A stretch of 64,000 nt of DNA from Octopus bimaculoides (GCF_001194135.2 NC_068997.1:38701651-38765650), one strand, 5' to 3'; positions 50,641 through 64,000 are shown, numbered from the stretch's first letter. The notes: generated from the letters alone by a model not told the origin. Made by a program: numbers and translations.

Positions 50641-51289
50641 TTTGATTATAGATGAATAACCAAGATTACTTCTTGCATTTTCAAATATGGCAGCTCCAGT
50701 TGTAATTCATTGTCTTCAGAATATATTCTTCATATTTGGTGCTTCATCTTCAATTCAATTCATGTCTTAAGATAGTTTTAATTTTTGGCACTCCTATGAA
50801 TTCTAGAAAGTCATTTGAGTTGCTGGTGAAACTTCATTGTATATGGTCTCCTAATACTATAACTAGTCCCGTGCACCTTGGAATCTGGTTCTCTGCCATG
50901 TATCCTATGCATCATTTGCATAACTATTACTTGCATTGCGTTCTTTCTGTTCCTACATGTCAAACAAGGTCATTTTCAAGATGGCACAGATTTTGTTGTC
51001 TGTAAATTTCTTGAGCATGTATTTTTTGCAAGTTTAGATTTTTTTTCTTGTATATTAATGTTACCAGAATTTAACAATAGCTGCTGTTCCTGGTTAAAAT
51101 CAGGATGTAGTTCAATAAATATTAGATAGAAATGCTTATTCTTCTTTAAGCTGCTTCTTTACTTCATTTAGCTGTTCCATCAAGTTAAAGTTTTCTTACA
51201 AATAAAACAGTACATCAAACATTAACTCTTGCCAGCAAGGTGAGAAGAAAAAACTGGCAGGTTGATGTACATTAAGGCTTAGTTTTCAA

Positions 51290-51620
51290 CTCCCTTATGT
51301 TTATTATTTTCCTCCAGGCTATAAAAATGGAGTTTAAGACTGGCTGTCCGCAGGAACTCTTGTATATTCCAAACCTGAAAATAAAGCTTAGACTTCAAAG
51401 TGAATGTAGTAAAATGAAAATTTTATTTAGCAGGAAAGAGTATGAGATTGCATTGTCATCAGAAAAGTAGTCATTCTTGATATAAAGAAAATGAGTGGTA
51501 GGAACTTTTCACAGTGTATGCATTGTTAACTGTGAATAAACAAGAGGTGTAGTGGTGGCAGAGAATCACAAGATGGCTGACAGGGAAGTCTTTAAATGCA
51601 GAAATGGTTAGATTTGAATG
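51290..51620 (+). mobile_element. RTE RT fragment
   Basis: LQAIKMEFKTGCPQELLYIPNL at ~51312-51377. Confidence 0.65.
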
Positions 51621-52046
51621 TATTGCAATATTTGGTTTCATGCACCTGACATTCTGCCATCAAATCTTTTAAGGGCAGTTATGCCTTTCAATCCTTTGAA
51701 TATGTCGAAATACGTGCTATTTTGCACTGGATATAATTCGATCATTGGTTAGATGCTAATGTTTGAAATCATAATTATTGAGTGAATTGAATTGAAGTTT
51801 TTTTGTCTTATTGAATACATTTTGACTATGGGGATGAAAAATACACAACTCATAAAATATCATTAACCAAATTTAATAACTAGCATATTTGAAATGACAA
51901 AGTAACTAACAGTTACAATTTTAGTTATTTTATTTTTTTGGTTTAGAAATTTTTTTGATGTAGAAGTGAACTTCATTTTCAAACTTAGGCCAATATGAAA
52001 ATTTTTTGAGTATATGAGTTGAAATCTTATTTTCTTCAGGTGCTAA

Positions 52047-52260
52047 CTCTTTTGTTACCAATCTGGCCCTTGGTTCTATGACAAAAACATCCTATTTTAA
52101 ACTGATACAAAATTAAAATCTTCCATTTAATTTTCATGTTAATTTATGTTCCAAATGTCAACTTAATAATGACAAGGTCACTTGACTAAATTCTTCAATA
52201 TTTTCAAAATTAATTGAAACAAAAGTAATATATTTTAATAGAAATTTGGTAACAAAAGGG
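52047..52260. mobile_element. piggyBac-type MITE family B with CTAA flanks
   Basis: C(T)CTTTTGTTACC...GGTAACAAAAGGG; CTAA at 52043-46 and 52261-64. Confidence 0.8.
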
Positions 52261-55200
52261 CTAAGTAACGATGTTTGCTTTTACTTGATTTATAAAATCA
52301 TTTCTGAACTGTTCATGTGATAAAAGCAAATCAGCAATTGTTGGTATTTAGAAATAATCTCAACTAAAATTCCTATTAATATGGAATTTGCTAGATATTT
52401 GGGAAATAGAAGGTAAATATGGTGTTGTGGCATTTCTTTTTGATTATATTAATACAAAACAATATATTATTTCTGTTCTCCAGTTTTGATTCTGGGGTTG
52501 CTTTTCTTTTTAATGAGTGTTATATTTTTAAACAACCCAAGTCATCTTTGTATTCTACTGTATGTTTATAATGTGCTTTTAGCTATCAACTTAACCATCA
52601 TCTCCCATTCAGTGACACCTTAGAAATTATAGTTTCAGTTTAATTCTATCATCAGTTATTTTGTTTTTATAAATATTTATATTTTAAAACTTTTGTCTTA
52701 TGATCACTGATTATTTTCCTTAAATCTGCAGCTATGTTGATAATGTTCCTACTTATGTTAGCACTGTGTCAGTCATGTTTCTGTTTTATTGCTTTCCTTA
52801 AACTAGTTGTGTACATGGTTCTTTATTTGTCAGAAAATGGCTTTAAGCTATATGAAACCTGTCAACAAAGAGACATAAGAAAAAAGCAAAAAAAAAAAAG
52901 CAACTACTAAAACACTGAAAAACAATGAATAAATAAATAAATAAATAAATAAATAATAAAGGTACTGGAAAGCAAATGAATAAAAGGGAAAATTTGTTTT
53001 TCTTTAAGAATTATAGTTTTGAGAAGAAAAAATGAAAAAAAGATATGTTGCTTAAGCAACACAAACATATCCTTTTGAAAAGCTGTTTTGTCTTTCTTTA
53101 AGAAGAAAAATACTAAGTTGAAAGAAAAATGTTAATTCAATTATGTTTGAAAAAGTTAAGATATACTCAGAACATTGAATCAATGAAGACTAGAGTAGAA
53201 AGAGAAAAACGAATATTTTTTTTTCATTTGCATTTTGATAAAATTTTTTCCCTTCGAAAGCATCTTCCATTTGGTGGAGAAAAATTTACTTTTTACAATA
53301 GATTTAGTACCAACTGCCTCCAGTTATATCTTTTTGTTTCTTTCAGATATAATAAATTTTTAAAGATTGTCTGAAATTCAGTTGAAGAAAGAAAAAAAAA
53401 AAGAATTTGGCAAATGTTCACAATTTGCTTTTGATACTGAGTTTTTAATGTTCTCTTATTTTGATAGAAAAGTTTTGTGTGAAATTAACTCATATAAGGC
53501 TTCAGAGAGAAATGCTTGCTTACTACATTTTATTCCAAATAGTTTAAATGAATATTAGGTCCTTTGAAATAGCTAGACTTTATTATATTATAGACACAAT
53601 TTCAGTGTTTTTTTTTTCTTCGTTGTTTGCCCCCTTAGAGCGTCAACTCTATGAACTTACTCTTTCCTTAAGCTGCTTAAGAGATAAAAGTGTTACTTTT
53701 AAAATATGATCTATTATAATACCCATTTATTAACTGTACTAGCTTTATTTGCAATAATAATCAGAGTAGTAACCAGATCAATACACTGTTCTTCAGTTTT
53801 AAATTCTTGTGTAAATTTGTGGTACAGTATAACCAAGCAATATTGAGATGTTTTGTAAAATAGTCTAACTATGCATATAAAGAGACCTCATCATTATCTA
53901 CATAGGTACTTACTACATTAAACTAACCAGACATAAAACCCTGGTACTTAAACTTAGTCTTTGTACATCAGTTTAGAATTTATGCTCTCTAAATGTTAGC
54001 ATATTAGCTTTATTATTTATACAGTTCTTTTAAAGAGTTAGTAAAATGAAATATTTTGCCAATTGGTTAGCATAAAATCAAAGACAAATTAGTCATGGTA
54101 AAATAAATTTTAATGAAGTAGCCATTCATTTGACAAAACTCTTAAATATCTTCTTTATTTGCTTGTCAAACTTTTCCTTTCTATACGAGATAGTAGTTTT
54201 CATAAATATTTGTTTTTCCAATAGAAATATTTATCTCAAGTCTAAATTGTTATTATGCAAGTCTGACTATTTGAAAATCATCAAAGTTGTACAATTCCTG
54301 AACTTGATTATAGGAATAAAAAGTTTATGTATCAGTGTGTGTAAATTTCCTAACCTTATGTTATCAAGATGTTTTCAACAGTGTTTAGCAACACAGCTTA
54401 GTACAATTTTCAGCCAAGTTTTGTCTCTGACACAGTAACATGACATTACAGCTATAGAGGGTGCTATGTTTTTGAAATGATTGTACATAGCTTAGATACA
54501 TGTTCTGAGTTGTTTTGCCAAACTTCATTTTCCTTTTTGTGCTAAATAATTTTAATTAATCATTTTTGAAGTAGTTACCTTCATAATTATTCTGAATTAC
54601 TTGTCTTAAGGAGTCTAATAAGTTTGTTATAACCCAGGACTTTGGGTAGTAATGCAAATTTATTCAGTTCATTTACTACCAGCCTTTTATATAAAAGCAG
54701 AATTTGCAAGGCAAATGTAATTTTGCCCCTAATGTATTATTTAATGAAAATATGAAATGCAAAATACATACTAATTAGTTCCTTATTATACTTGCAAAAT
54801 ATGTTGCTAATATTTGGCATAAAACATCTATATTAAATTCTTAATTGTTCAAAACAAAAGAATTATTTTGTACAACTCTGGATCTTATTTAAAACAGTTA
54901 TTTTACTTGGCTAATTTTGAAGTAACCGTGGCAGTTGGAATCTTAATACAGAAGAGTCAAATATAAACTATCATTCTCAAAATCTGGACCACTTCTGAAA
55001 CTTGAACTTGAGCAATATATTTAATCAATATGTTTTAATCAATTTATGAATTTCTTCTTCTGATTGTTTTTGGAATAAAATCTATTGCTTACTGATATGA
55101 TCTTTGACATATGTTCATTTTTATTACATATAGAGGCAATGGGCAGGTAATTATGTATGCTTAATACCTCACAAACAGTACACACATATGTCTGATGCTT

Positions 55201-56359
55201 TACTGTTATTAAACAAGAAGCTTCCTAAGTCATTACACGACACTGAACATATACTCAGACATAGTGGAATTTAGATGAAAAAGCTCAATCTTCTAGTAGG
55301 CAAATTCATACAAAGTTAAGATTTTTTAAAATTCAAGATAACTTTAAACGTAATTCTAGTGTCTCTTTAAATGTTAGCTTGTCTTTAAGAACAAAGAAAA
55401 AAAATAAAAGCAGTAACAAAAACCTCCTCATTTCTAAACTTCATATCTTAAGGTAGAATATAGTCTTTAAAATATCTGAAGAACAATAATGTAAATGGCT
55501 AATGGAATTTTAAATATGAGTTATCCCTTGCTGCTATATATCTTCATACAGTTTGACATTTCAATATTGTGTCAGATATTTTCCTACTAAGAAATATAAT
55601 TTTGTTAAAACTCAGATTCTCAAATTGATTATAACTTTAAATTACTGTTATTATTTATGCATAGGTTTCAGTGTTTTGCTTGCTTTATCACAAGTTAAAT
55701 TCAGCTTGCCATTTTTCTTTCTTTCTCATTTTGAAGAGAGGTTTGTAATGTTAATTTTCTCTTTGACTTGTTTGTTTCTGAAGTGCTCCATCAGTATGTC
55801 TTTTGACCTTTTAATGCATACTATGAAAATATGTTTTATTATGTATTTTAATTAAGTCATATAGTTCTAGAATAAGTAGTTTATGTGCATGTGAGTAGAT
55901 CACACATGAATATTTCAACACAACCACGCTTGCCACCAGTGTTTACTATTGGTTAACACCAATGTAAATCAATGCAAGAGTTTTATTGTAATTTCCATTT
56001 GGCTACAACTTATTTCAGCTGTTAAATAAATCTTAGTTAATGTTGATTAAGAGATTTTAATGTTTTGAGCAGCGTGTTTAGTTCCCCCTCACATCTCGAT
56101 AAGCTAACAACTTCCATTTTGGTTTGAAGTTAATTTTTTAATACATTCCCTGCAAAATATCTTTACAAGATAGAAGCATCCCTATGCTTTCGATCTTATC
56201 AGAATTTCTATGAAATTTGTATCAATAAAAGCAAAACATTGATATTTCAAATGCTCTAAAATTTTCTTCAGTTGAAAATATAATATGTACTATTCCATAT
56301 TATATGAAATTTATTTTATACAATGCGGATCAGAACAAACGTTGGCTTTAATCTATTAA

Positions 56360-56566
56360 CCCTTTAGCATTCAGATGAATCCTTATACATCCGCATTGTT
56401 TCAAATTAATCATGTATTATCTCATAGCTTCATGATTTTGATGATGTGGTTGTTTATGTTTAGAGTGACATTGTAGGGTAAATACGAGAGGCCAGATCTG
56501 GCCAGTTTGAACATAAAAACAAATCAAATATTTGGGCTGGATATGGCCTGTTTGAATGCTAAAGGG
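56360..56566. mobile_element. piggyBac-type MITE family A
   Basis: TTAA at 56356-59 and 56567-70; CCCTTTAGCATTCA/TGAATGCTAAAGGG. Confidence 0.9.
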
Positions 56567-56713
56567 TTAAATGAAATGTGATATTTCTAAACTACCTTTA
56601 TGACCAAATTATAAGTTCCACATGAGAAGGCTATGAGATCTTGTACCAGTCATTATACTGACCACTGATGACAGCAAGTGCTGTTAAAATCTTTCTTTCA
56701 TAATCTGTTATTC

Positions 56714-57058
56714 CTGTGGTTCTCAACCATTTTTATCTATGGACCCCTTTGATTACTATTCTGGTGCCCCCCCCCCCTGCCCTACCCATTCGATGTTTAA
56801 ACCTAATTTTATAGATACTTCTTCTGGAATTCCTATTTTGTTATTTACACATTAACTTGTGTAGGTTGAACTATGTAAAAAATTTGGGTAAGAAATTTAA
56901 TTGTTTCTTGTTATAAACACATCTGAATCAAAACTTCTTCATTGACCCTTAATACACTACTGTGGATCCCCAATTTACTATTTTACTTGCATGGACCCCT
57001 TCCCCCAAATTTTATATGGACCCACAGAGGTCATATGGACTTCAGTTAAGACCCACTG
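56714..57058. mobile_element. hAT-type MITE (345 bp)
   Basis: Ends CTGTGGTTCTCAACC / CAGTTAAGACCCACTG (CAGTGGTTCTCAAC-type TIR); 8-bp TSD TGTTATTC / TGTTATTG (7/8). Confidence 0.75.
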
Positions 57059-57468
57059 TGTTATTGCATTCAATCTACTGGTGTATACAGTTAGCTAGCT
57101 GAGGCCAGTTGCTTGAACCCTTCTGGTGTAGGCTTGTAATCTTTTCAACCATATTTACACATGTTTGACTCTTCACACTTCTAATGTAAAGGTGCATTAA
57201 GTGATTTATCTTGTTGCCCAATAAAGTACAAAGAAACGACATGTCATATATCTGTATAAATACCACACACACACACTCACAAAAGAAGGACACTCTTATA
57301 GAAAATTCATACTCACACTGTAGTATACATTATGTTATTGTAATCTATTCGTTGTAAGCAATGAGAGCAAATTTAGAGAATACCATAGGTTCTGCACAAG
57401 TGTTTGTTCATTTGAAAGAAATTTATTTCACAAGTAGTTCAATGTGTGTGTGTGTTGTTCATATTTGT

Positions 57469-57510
<42 letters not shown>

Positions 57511-57558
57511 NNNNNNNNNNNNNNNNNNNNNNNNNNNNNNNNNNNNNNNNNNNNNNNN

Positions 57559-57584
<26 letters not shown>

Positions 57585-57592
<8 letters not shown>

Positions 57593-57905
57593 GCAGATCT
57601 GACTGTGTGGTTAAGAAGTTTGTTTCTTGACCACATGATCTTGGACTCAGTCTCACTGAAGCCCTGGATCAATCTAAGTCTTGTGAATGGATTTCATTAT
57701 CGGAAACTGAAAAAAATTTGTGTGTATGTGCACGCACGTGCATGTGAGTGTATGTGTGTGTGTGTGTGTGTATATCTGTGTCTTCTTGTCTTGACATCAC
57801 ATGGTAATTGTCAACGAGTATCATTATCATACAAGCAGTGTCATTCATTTCTAGACTTTTGTGAGAACATTCTTGTCCATGGGAAGATATCTTGTTTGGA
57901 AACAG
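57585..57905 (+). mobile_element. tRNA-head SINE, decayed
   Basis: GACTGTGTGGTTAAGAAGTTTG..CCACATG head; body like 1000-1260. Confidence 0.65.
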
Positions 57906-58195
57906 TCATGTGTGGGTCACAGGGAGGGCAAGCATGGATAAGTAGACATTGAAGCAATGACGAGGGTGTTGATGATAATGATGATTCACATTTAAATGTG
58001 TCTTAAATTCACATCTTATGCTCTGTAAATCAGACGTAATTTTTGTAATATTTGAATATAGTTCAGATTTAATATAATCGTTTGATTCATAGACCATACA
58101 TGACACATGAATACTTTAGAAGTATAAACATATTTATGCTTGAAATAATGAAAGAAAGTATTTTCTATCTTGGTATCTGAAACTGCACAGTAACA

Positions 58196-58354
58196 TCATC
58201 ATCATCATCGTTTAACGTCCGCTTTCCATGCTAGCATGGGTTGGACGATTTGACTGAGGACTGGTGAAACCGGATGGCAACACCAGGCTCCAGTCTGATT
58301 TGGCAGGGTTTCTACAGCTGGATGCCCTTCCTAACGCCAACCACTCAGAGAGTG
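58196..58354 (-). mobile_element. young RTE-tail element
   Basis: (CAT)nCGTTTAACGTCCGCTTTCCATGCTAGCATGG...CCAACCACTCAGAGAGTG. Confidence 0.9.
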
Positions 58355-58440
58355 TTCCTACATATTGCATCAAGTAGCATTGGGTACCTCTGTTGCTGTG
58401 TGTATGTTTATAAATGTATATATATATATATATATATGTA

Positions 58441-59290
58441 TATCATCATCATCATTGTTTAACATCCATCTTCCATGCATGCATGGGTAGGACAGTTGAC
58501 AGGAACCAGCCAAGGCTACTGTGTCTGTTTTGGCAAGGGTTTTATGGCTGGATGCCCTTCCTAACACTAACCACTCTGCGGAGTAGACTCGGTGCTTTTT
58601 ACGTGGCACTAGCACAGTTGAGGCCAGTTTTGACAAGGTTTTTACAGCTGGATGTCCTTCCAGATGCCAACCATGTTACAGTGTGGACTGGATGCTTTTA
58701 ACGTGGCACCAGGGTAACCAAGTAACTCACAAGACAAGGAATTATGAGAGGGGCAGGTAATTTGTGTCAGCAGATGAAAGTTAGAGTGTGACAAATAGAC
58801 AGAGAGACAGAAGCAGGTGTCTCGCCACTACAGAGGGGGCATTAGAGGAAGTGATCCAGTATCAAATGATGAAAGGTTAGAGTGTAATAGAGAAATAGAG
58901 AGGCAAAAATAGGTGTCTTGCTATAGAGGAGGTACAGGGTTACTCAGTGAGAGAAAGAAGCCAGAAACAAGTGTGCTGATGTAAAGTTGATACTTGGTTA
59001 CCTAGTCAGAGGAAAAACAAGGAGAGAGAGTAGGAAACAGCAAAAATGTAAGAGAGAGCAGAAGAGAGATGGTGTAGTACTAGGGTATACTTACAAGTAA
59101 CAGGAATATGGTCATAGAACCTGGTTAGCAAAATAGGAAGTGGGTGGTGGGGAGCAGTGATACAGTGAGCACGGCAGTGAGGGCAAGAAAGGGGATTGGA
59201 CAACAATCGTAGTGTATGAGGAAGAAGTGTGAGGAAGAGCAAGATGCAATTAGAAGTGGAGTTGTAGTTTGATTTCTTAGGGTAGAGTGG
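58441..59290 (-). mobile_element. RTE-tail element, dimeric subfamily, with long GA-rich (element-sense CT-rich) body
   Basis: Same double module as 26821-27140, continuing into a purine-rich tract to ~59290. Confidence 0.75.
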
Positions 59291-59504
59291 GTGAAAAGTG
59301 TGTTGTTACATGGGGGTGGGACCCAACTCTTCTAGCACTCAGTTTCGTGGATGGGTCTTCCCTAGGACCTCATATTATCAAACATCTCAGTCTGTTGTCA
59401 TTTCCTGTGTGAATCCCAACATCCTAAGATCAGTCCTCACCACTTCATCCTATATCTTCCTAGGTCTCCTTCTTCTGCAGGTACCATCCACTTTCAGTGA
59501 CATG

Positions 59505-59670
59505 CACAAGGCCAGCAATTTTAGGGGGTGCAGGCAAGTTGATTACATTGACCCCAGTGCTCACTGGTATTTATTTTATCAACCTTGAAAGAGTGAAAGG
59601 CAAAGAGGGCCTTGGTGAAATTTGAACTCAGAACATAAGGACAGATGAAATACTGCCAAGCATTTTGCAT
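59505..59670 (-). mobile_element. SINE family 2
   Basis: CACAAGGCCAGCAATTTT..CACTGGTATTTATTTTATC..GAAATTTGAACTCAGAAC. Confidence 0.7.
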
Positions 59671-59693
59671 ACTATTTCTACAAACTCTACTAT

Positions 59694-59695
59694 TC

Positions 59696-59731
<36 letters not shown>
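59694..59731. repeat. (TAA)n microsatellite
   Basis: Directly visible. Confidence 0.95.
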
Positions 59732-59734
<3 letters not shown>

Positions 59735-61801
59735 TTTAGGCAAAAAGGATAAACAAGGGGATTAGCTGGCAGTATTGGCTTCAGTGCTTGACTGGTACTT
59801 TATTTTATTGACCCCAAAAGGAGGTGAGAAAATCGTAAATACACACACCACACATATGACTATACAAATAGTTTATCTTAATTTCTTTCATTAACGAAAA
59901 ATTGTTTGAATCATTGATGACATTTTATGTTTCTTGTAAATAGACCACATTGTTCTAATGCCTTTAAGTTTTATGAGACAATTTGGCAATGCTAAAAATC
60001 ATATTTTGGCTAGATTTAACTCAGGATCCATTGAATTACATGTGCCTCTATTAAGAAATCAGAGTTTAATAAAGAAAAGAAAGGAAAATTATGAAAATAA
60101 TAAAAAGAGAATTGTATAAAAAATAGTTTACTGAAGGAACAAATGGGAATACATTACCTTATTTGGTTATCTTTTTTGGAACTGCTACATCAGACGGAAA
60201 TCATTGAAATTTGTTGAAATAACATGATTATTACAATGTGATTTGATTAGGGGAAAAGCTTTCATAAGAATCAAACTTCACTCCATTAAGATCTTTTATT
60301 TCACATTGCAAGTATTATATTTGTTAAATGGGAGATCTATTAAATTGTCTAATGAGTGTAAAGTAAAATAAAAGGAAGTAACCAAGATGAAAACAAAGCT
60401 GAAACACCAAAGAAATAAGTAGGTTTCTTGTGAGATGTTTTACTCTATCTCCCTGTTTTCAGCTGTACTGTAGTTTAGTTATCTACTTTTTTTTTAAAAC
60501 ATTTATTTATCATTTAACAAATAGAAACTATAACAATGTTTTCTGTTTTGTTTGCTATTGCATAAACACATAGGAAATATTCTATTTTACATTTGAAATG
60601 ATGTTGCATTCTGTTACTGTTAATTCTGTATGATGTAGAATTCTGCTATGAAATGACAAGCTTTTAACTTGTGAATAATTTGTTTACAAAAATACCAAAG
60701 AATTAATAAAATTAATAATAAAATTAGAAGGGAGATGTTCCACTCTGTTAGTGCAGTAACTTTATTCTAAGTTGGATTCTAGACACGTGTATCCTAAATT
60801 ATCAATATTTTCCACTTCTATACCATTCTAGGATTTATTGTCCTTTGATAAACTATTTGGACCCTTTTTTTTATATTTAAAAAAAAAAAATCTTTTACAG
60901 AATGTTTATATTTCTTTCTGCACATACTTGTGTGTGTTGTTCTCATGCACATGATTCTTTAAACTTTTAACCCCCACCCCCACATCATTATACTTCATGA
61001 CTAACTGAGATAGGAAGACCAAGCAGTGCTGATGGTAGATAATGGCATCTGCAATGCTTCGTTATCTCCCTCCGTCTTACCTTTTTCTTATACTCTTCAA
61101 CCTCATTTACAGTCATCCAAATCATATTTCTTCATTGCTTTTTCAAGCAAGAGCTCTACTAGAACTATTGCAATTAGCTTCTTACAACATAGAAACTTAT
61201 TCAGTTGTGCAAATTAGATTTCCTGAAATACTAGGTATCTTGTACTTCAGGAAATACTATATAAGATGTTTGTAACAAAACAGTGAAGTTAGGTGTCATA
61301 TCTAAGTGGTCAAATAAGTTATCGATTGGACCATTTGTTATCAACAATACAAATACATCACAATCTTCAAAAGCAACATTTTTTTTTAAAATTCTTGATT
61401 TGAGAAATGATGTTTTACATTTCAGGAAAGATTGACTCAATCTTCTAATATTTCTGCTTGTCATTACATTACTTAGCCCATCAGTAACACTTTCACGGGA
61501 TTATAGGAAAAGATGGAGAAAGAAAAAGAGGATAAGGCAAAGAGTGAGGCAGAAAGAGAGAGAAAGAAAAAGATGAAGAGAATAGCGTCCATGACATGTG
61601 GTAGAGGGAACGTAATATTTATTACGTGGTTAAGAAAGTTAGTTGAAGATAGTGATATAGAGGAGAGTTAGGAATATAATTTTAGCAGAGGGGTGATGTT
61701 CTGATGGTGAGATTAAAGAAAGGCAAAGAGAGAGAGATGGGGATGGTGAGTGTATAACGAAAAGTAATTTTTAAAAAAAAGAAGCTAAGATTTTTATATC
61801 A

Positions 61802-62095
61802 CCTATCACTTAATGCATGCACATCTCAAACTTGCCATTCACTTTAGAAAGAAACCAGTTTCCCGCTCACCTGTCATATGCAATGACTATCAAGAAATCA
61901 CAAGGGTAGACATTTGATAAAGTGGGGTTGTTCTTGCCTGAACCTGTATTCGGCCATGGTCAGCCATGTGTTGCATTCTCAAGGGCTTGCAAATTATCTA
62001 ATGTGAGAGTTAAAGTTTTCAACACTGACAAACAAGGGGAAAGAAGAGGGAGAACTTACATGGAGGTCATAGTCTGCAAAGAAATATTGGATTGA
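61802..62095 (+). mobile_element. Helitron RepHel helicase C-terminal remnant
   Basis: SNLPFTLERNQFPAHLSYAMTIKKSQG*TFDKVGLFLPEPVFGHGQPCVAFSRACKLSNVRVKV...EVIVCKEILD*; in-frame TAG at 61907-09. Confidence 0.9.
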
Positions 62096-63679
62096 AAGGT
62101 GTACGCAGATTTAAATGTGACCCATTGCCTAGGCTTATAAGTTACCAACAATGTGATTTTCAGAGTATGCCATGTTGTATTAAATTTTTACCCCCATGTG
62201 ACCCCTATATTTTACATATAAAATAATTTTTTTACTATAAAATTTTTGTTTTCTAGATATGAGATTGTGACCATGTAAATTTTAAAATGTAATTTTTCTG
62301 TTTATGGGAAAAATAAGAGTGAATATTCATTTTATGAGTGCTGTGTATTAAGTCTATAAAATTGTGCGCATTAAGTAATCATCGTATTCCAATTTCCTTC
62401 ACTTTTCAGTGAATAGCAGATGAATGACGACTATCTTTTGATACACACACAACACAGGCTATGCTTTCAGGCATTTTGGGATAAAGTTTTAGGAATAACC
62501 CAATAGGTTTACTATTAATTCTGTGAAATATTCATGGGTCCTGTTAGTTAAAATATATGATCTTTTAGTTTTACCTGCAACTTTGGATTGATTTACTTTT
62601 ACCTTTTCTTTTGCTGTTTCATTTTCTTCTTGTCACTGTTGTTCAGTCATCTGTCATTAAAGTCATGTTTCCTCCTTGGTCTGAATCATTTCTAAAAACA
62701 TTGGACTTGTGCGGATGATATCATACCTTTACTACAAATATACCATTGTGCATCTTGGAGTTGAAGGAATTTGTTTATAAAATATTTTACTCTGTTTCTG
62801 GTTTTGCAAAACAATGCTAGTAGACATTGGTTTTTTTTTTCTGACAGCATGTAAAATCATTCTTTTTTTTTGTTTTGCTTTCTTCAGTAATTAGAATTTT
62901 CTTTGGAAGTAAGTAATTTTTATTTGAAATTTAGGAGCAATTTCACTTCTAATCAAGGCATGATTATGTATTACTGTACAAAATCATGGGGTTCAGTCTT
63001 CACTGTGACTCAGTTATTGGATCCTGAAGTTGTACTATGACTAGAAATGTTTGTTGTTACATTTGCATTTTTCATGGAAAAGAAAGTTAGAAAATTTCAA
63101 TTTTATTGTGGTATAAATATGTGTATATTTTAAAAGCAAAAAGAATTTTGAGCCATATACAGCTACAGAGTATGTATTTATAAAAAAAAATTACAGCTTG
63201 TAATTTTTTAAAAGGATTTAATGAACTTTAATTTATTGGCCATGGATTAGACGTAAACAATAATTTAGAATTTACCAAAGTAAAATAAATTTCATTCTGG
63301 AACAGTTGCTATAACATTTTAAGAATTATAGATTGCTCTATAAGTAATAAATCTTCAACTCTGGGTTTTTTTTTCTAGCAGGTTGACAGTTAATGTAGAC
63401 TTTCTGTATGGTAGATTCATTGGAGCAGTCAGCAGTAAGAAAACATGTGAAATGGATAGTGCGAAATGTTTGATAGACTCCTTCTTGTTGTCAACAACTT
63501 TTGTCATGTAGGTAACCTGATTAACAGTGTAGGAGGGTGCTCCAAGAGCATAGAAGGCAGAGTAAGAATAACATGGATAAGGTTCAGGTAATGCCTCTGC
63601 CAGTAATGAATAATGATGAAGAATGAAGGGCAGATTATCTGATGCTTGTGTATAAACATTTATACTACATAATTGTGAG

Positions 63680-64000
63680 ACATAGGCTTTTGAATGAAGT
63701 GTTTTGCAAAGTTCCCATGAATAGCCAATCTTAAACTTTTCTGTTGTAGTCTGGAGAACTATAGCAAACAAGAAGGGGCTGTGAACTAACTCCTGATGGA
63801 CACTAAAATTCTTGCTGAACTTGTTGCTAACTCAGCTTTGCTTACAGCAATGGCTTGCATGACATTCACATGTCAGAAGATTACAGGTTGTGCCACCCTG
63901 TCAAAGGCTTTCTTCATCAAAGTCAATAAATCCTTGAGACAGCTGTTAGCTCCTTCTGTAGTTGTCACACTAGGAAGCAGACACCACTGTTGCCTTGTTC
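63680..64000 (-). mobile_element. RTE RT fragment, runs off the window end
   Basis: Minus strand MKKAFDRV and LFAIVLQTTTEKFKIGYSWEL. Confidence 0.7.

Noticed and set aside
53610-53710. Strong acceptor-like site (T-tract..CCCCTTAG) as an extra exon
   Set aside because: No PSMD3 similarity, no good donor, and all frames stop quickly.
8430-56566. All four family A MITEs share one orientation
   Set aside because: n=4 gives a 1/8 chance; not informative.
61218-61255. 10-bp inverted repeat ATTTCCTGAA/TTCAGGAAAT; similar 11-bp pair near 44783-44854
   Set aside because: Short IRs like this are expected by chance in AT-rich DNA.
62647-62718. AG-preceded frame SSVIKVMFPPWSESFLKTLD resembling PSMD3 SVKAMRFPP
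   Set aside because: Only FPP matches; it stops after 23 codons and lacks the acidic EERREREQQD tail.

Overview
AT-rich, repeat-dense eukaryotic genomic DNA with four N-gaps. The SINE/LINE families resemble octopus (coleoid cephalopod) repeats; this is an inference from recalled repeat sequences, not a search. The only host gene I can support is PSMD3/Rpn3 (26S proteasome lid subunit): six internal coding exons on the + strand (8752-23506, 305 codons, all GT-AG, phases consistent). Its 5' exons and last ~90-95 codons were not found in the window. The rest is intronic or unassigned DNA filled with decayed transposons: Tc1, two mariners, Tigger/pogo, two piggyBac-type MITE families, hAT and TA-target MITEs, Helitron fragments, RTE and CR1-group LINEs, a Gypsy pol remnant and several SINE families, some demonstrably nested. 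The most unusual object is a 377-bp near-perfect hairpin (41789-42165; 133-bp arms, 127/133 paired) whose loop holds a minimal type I hammerhead ribozyme motif on the - strand. No rRNA, tRNA gene or CRISPR array was seen. Most ORFs in the supplied track are spurious or transposon-derived.
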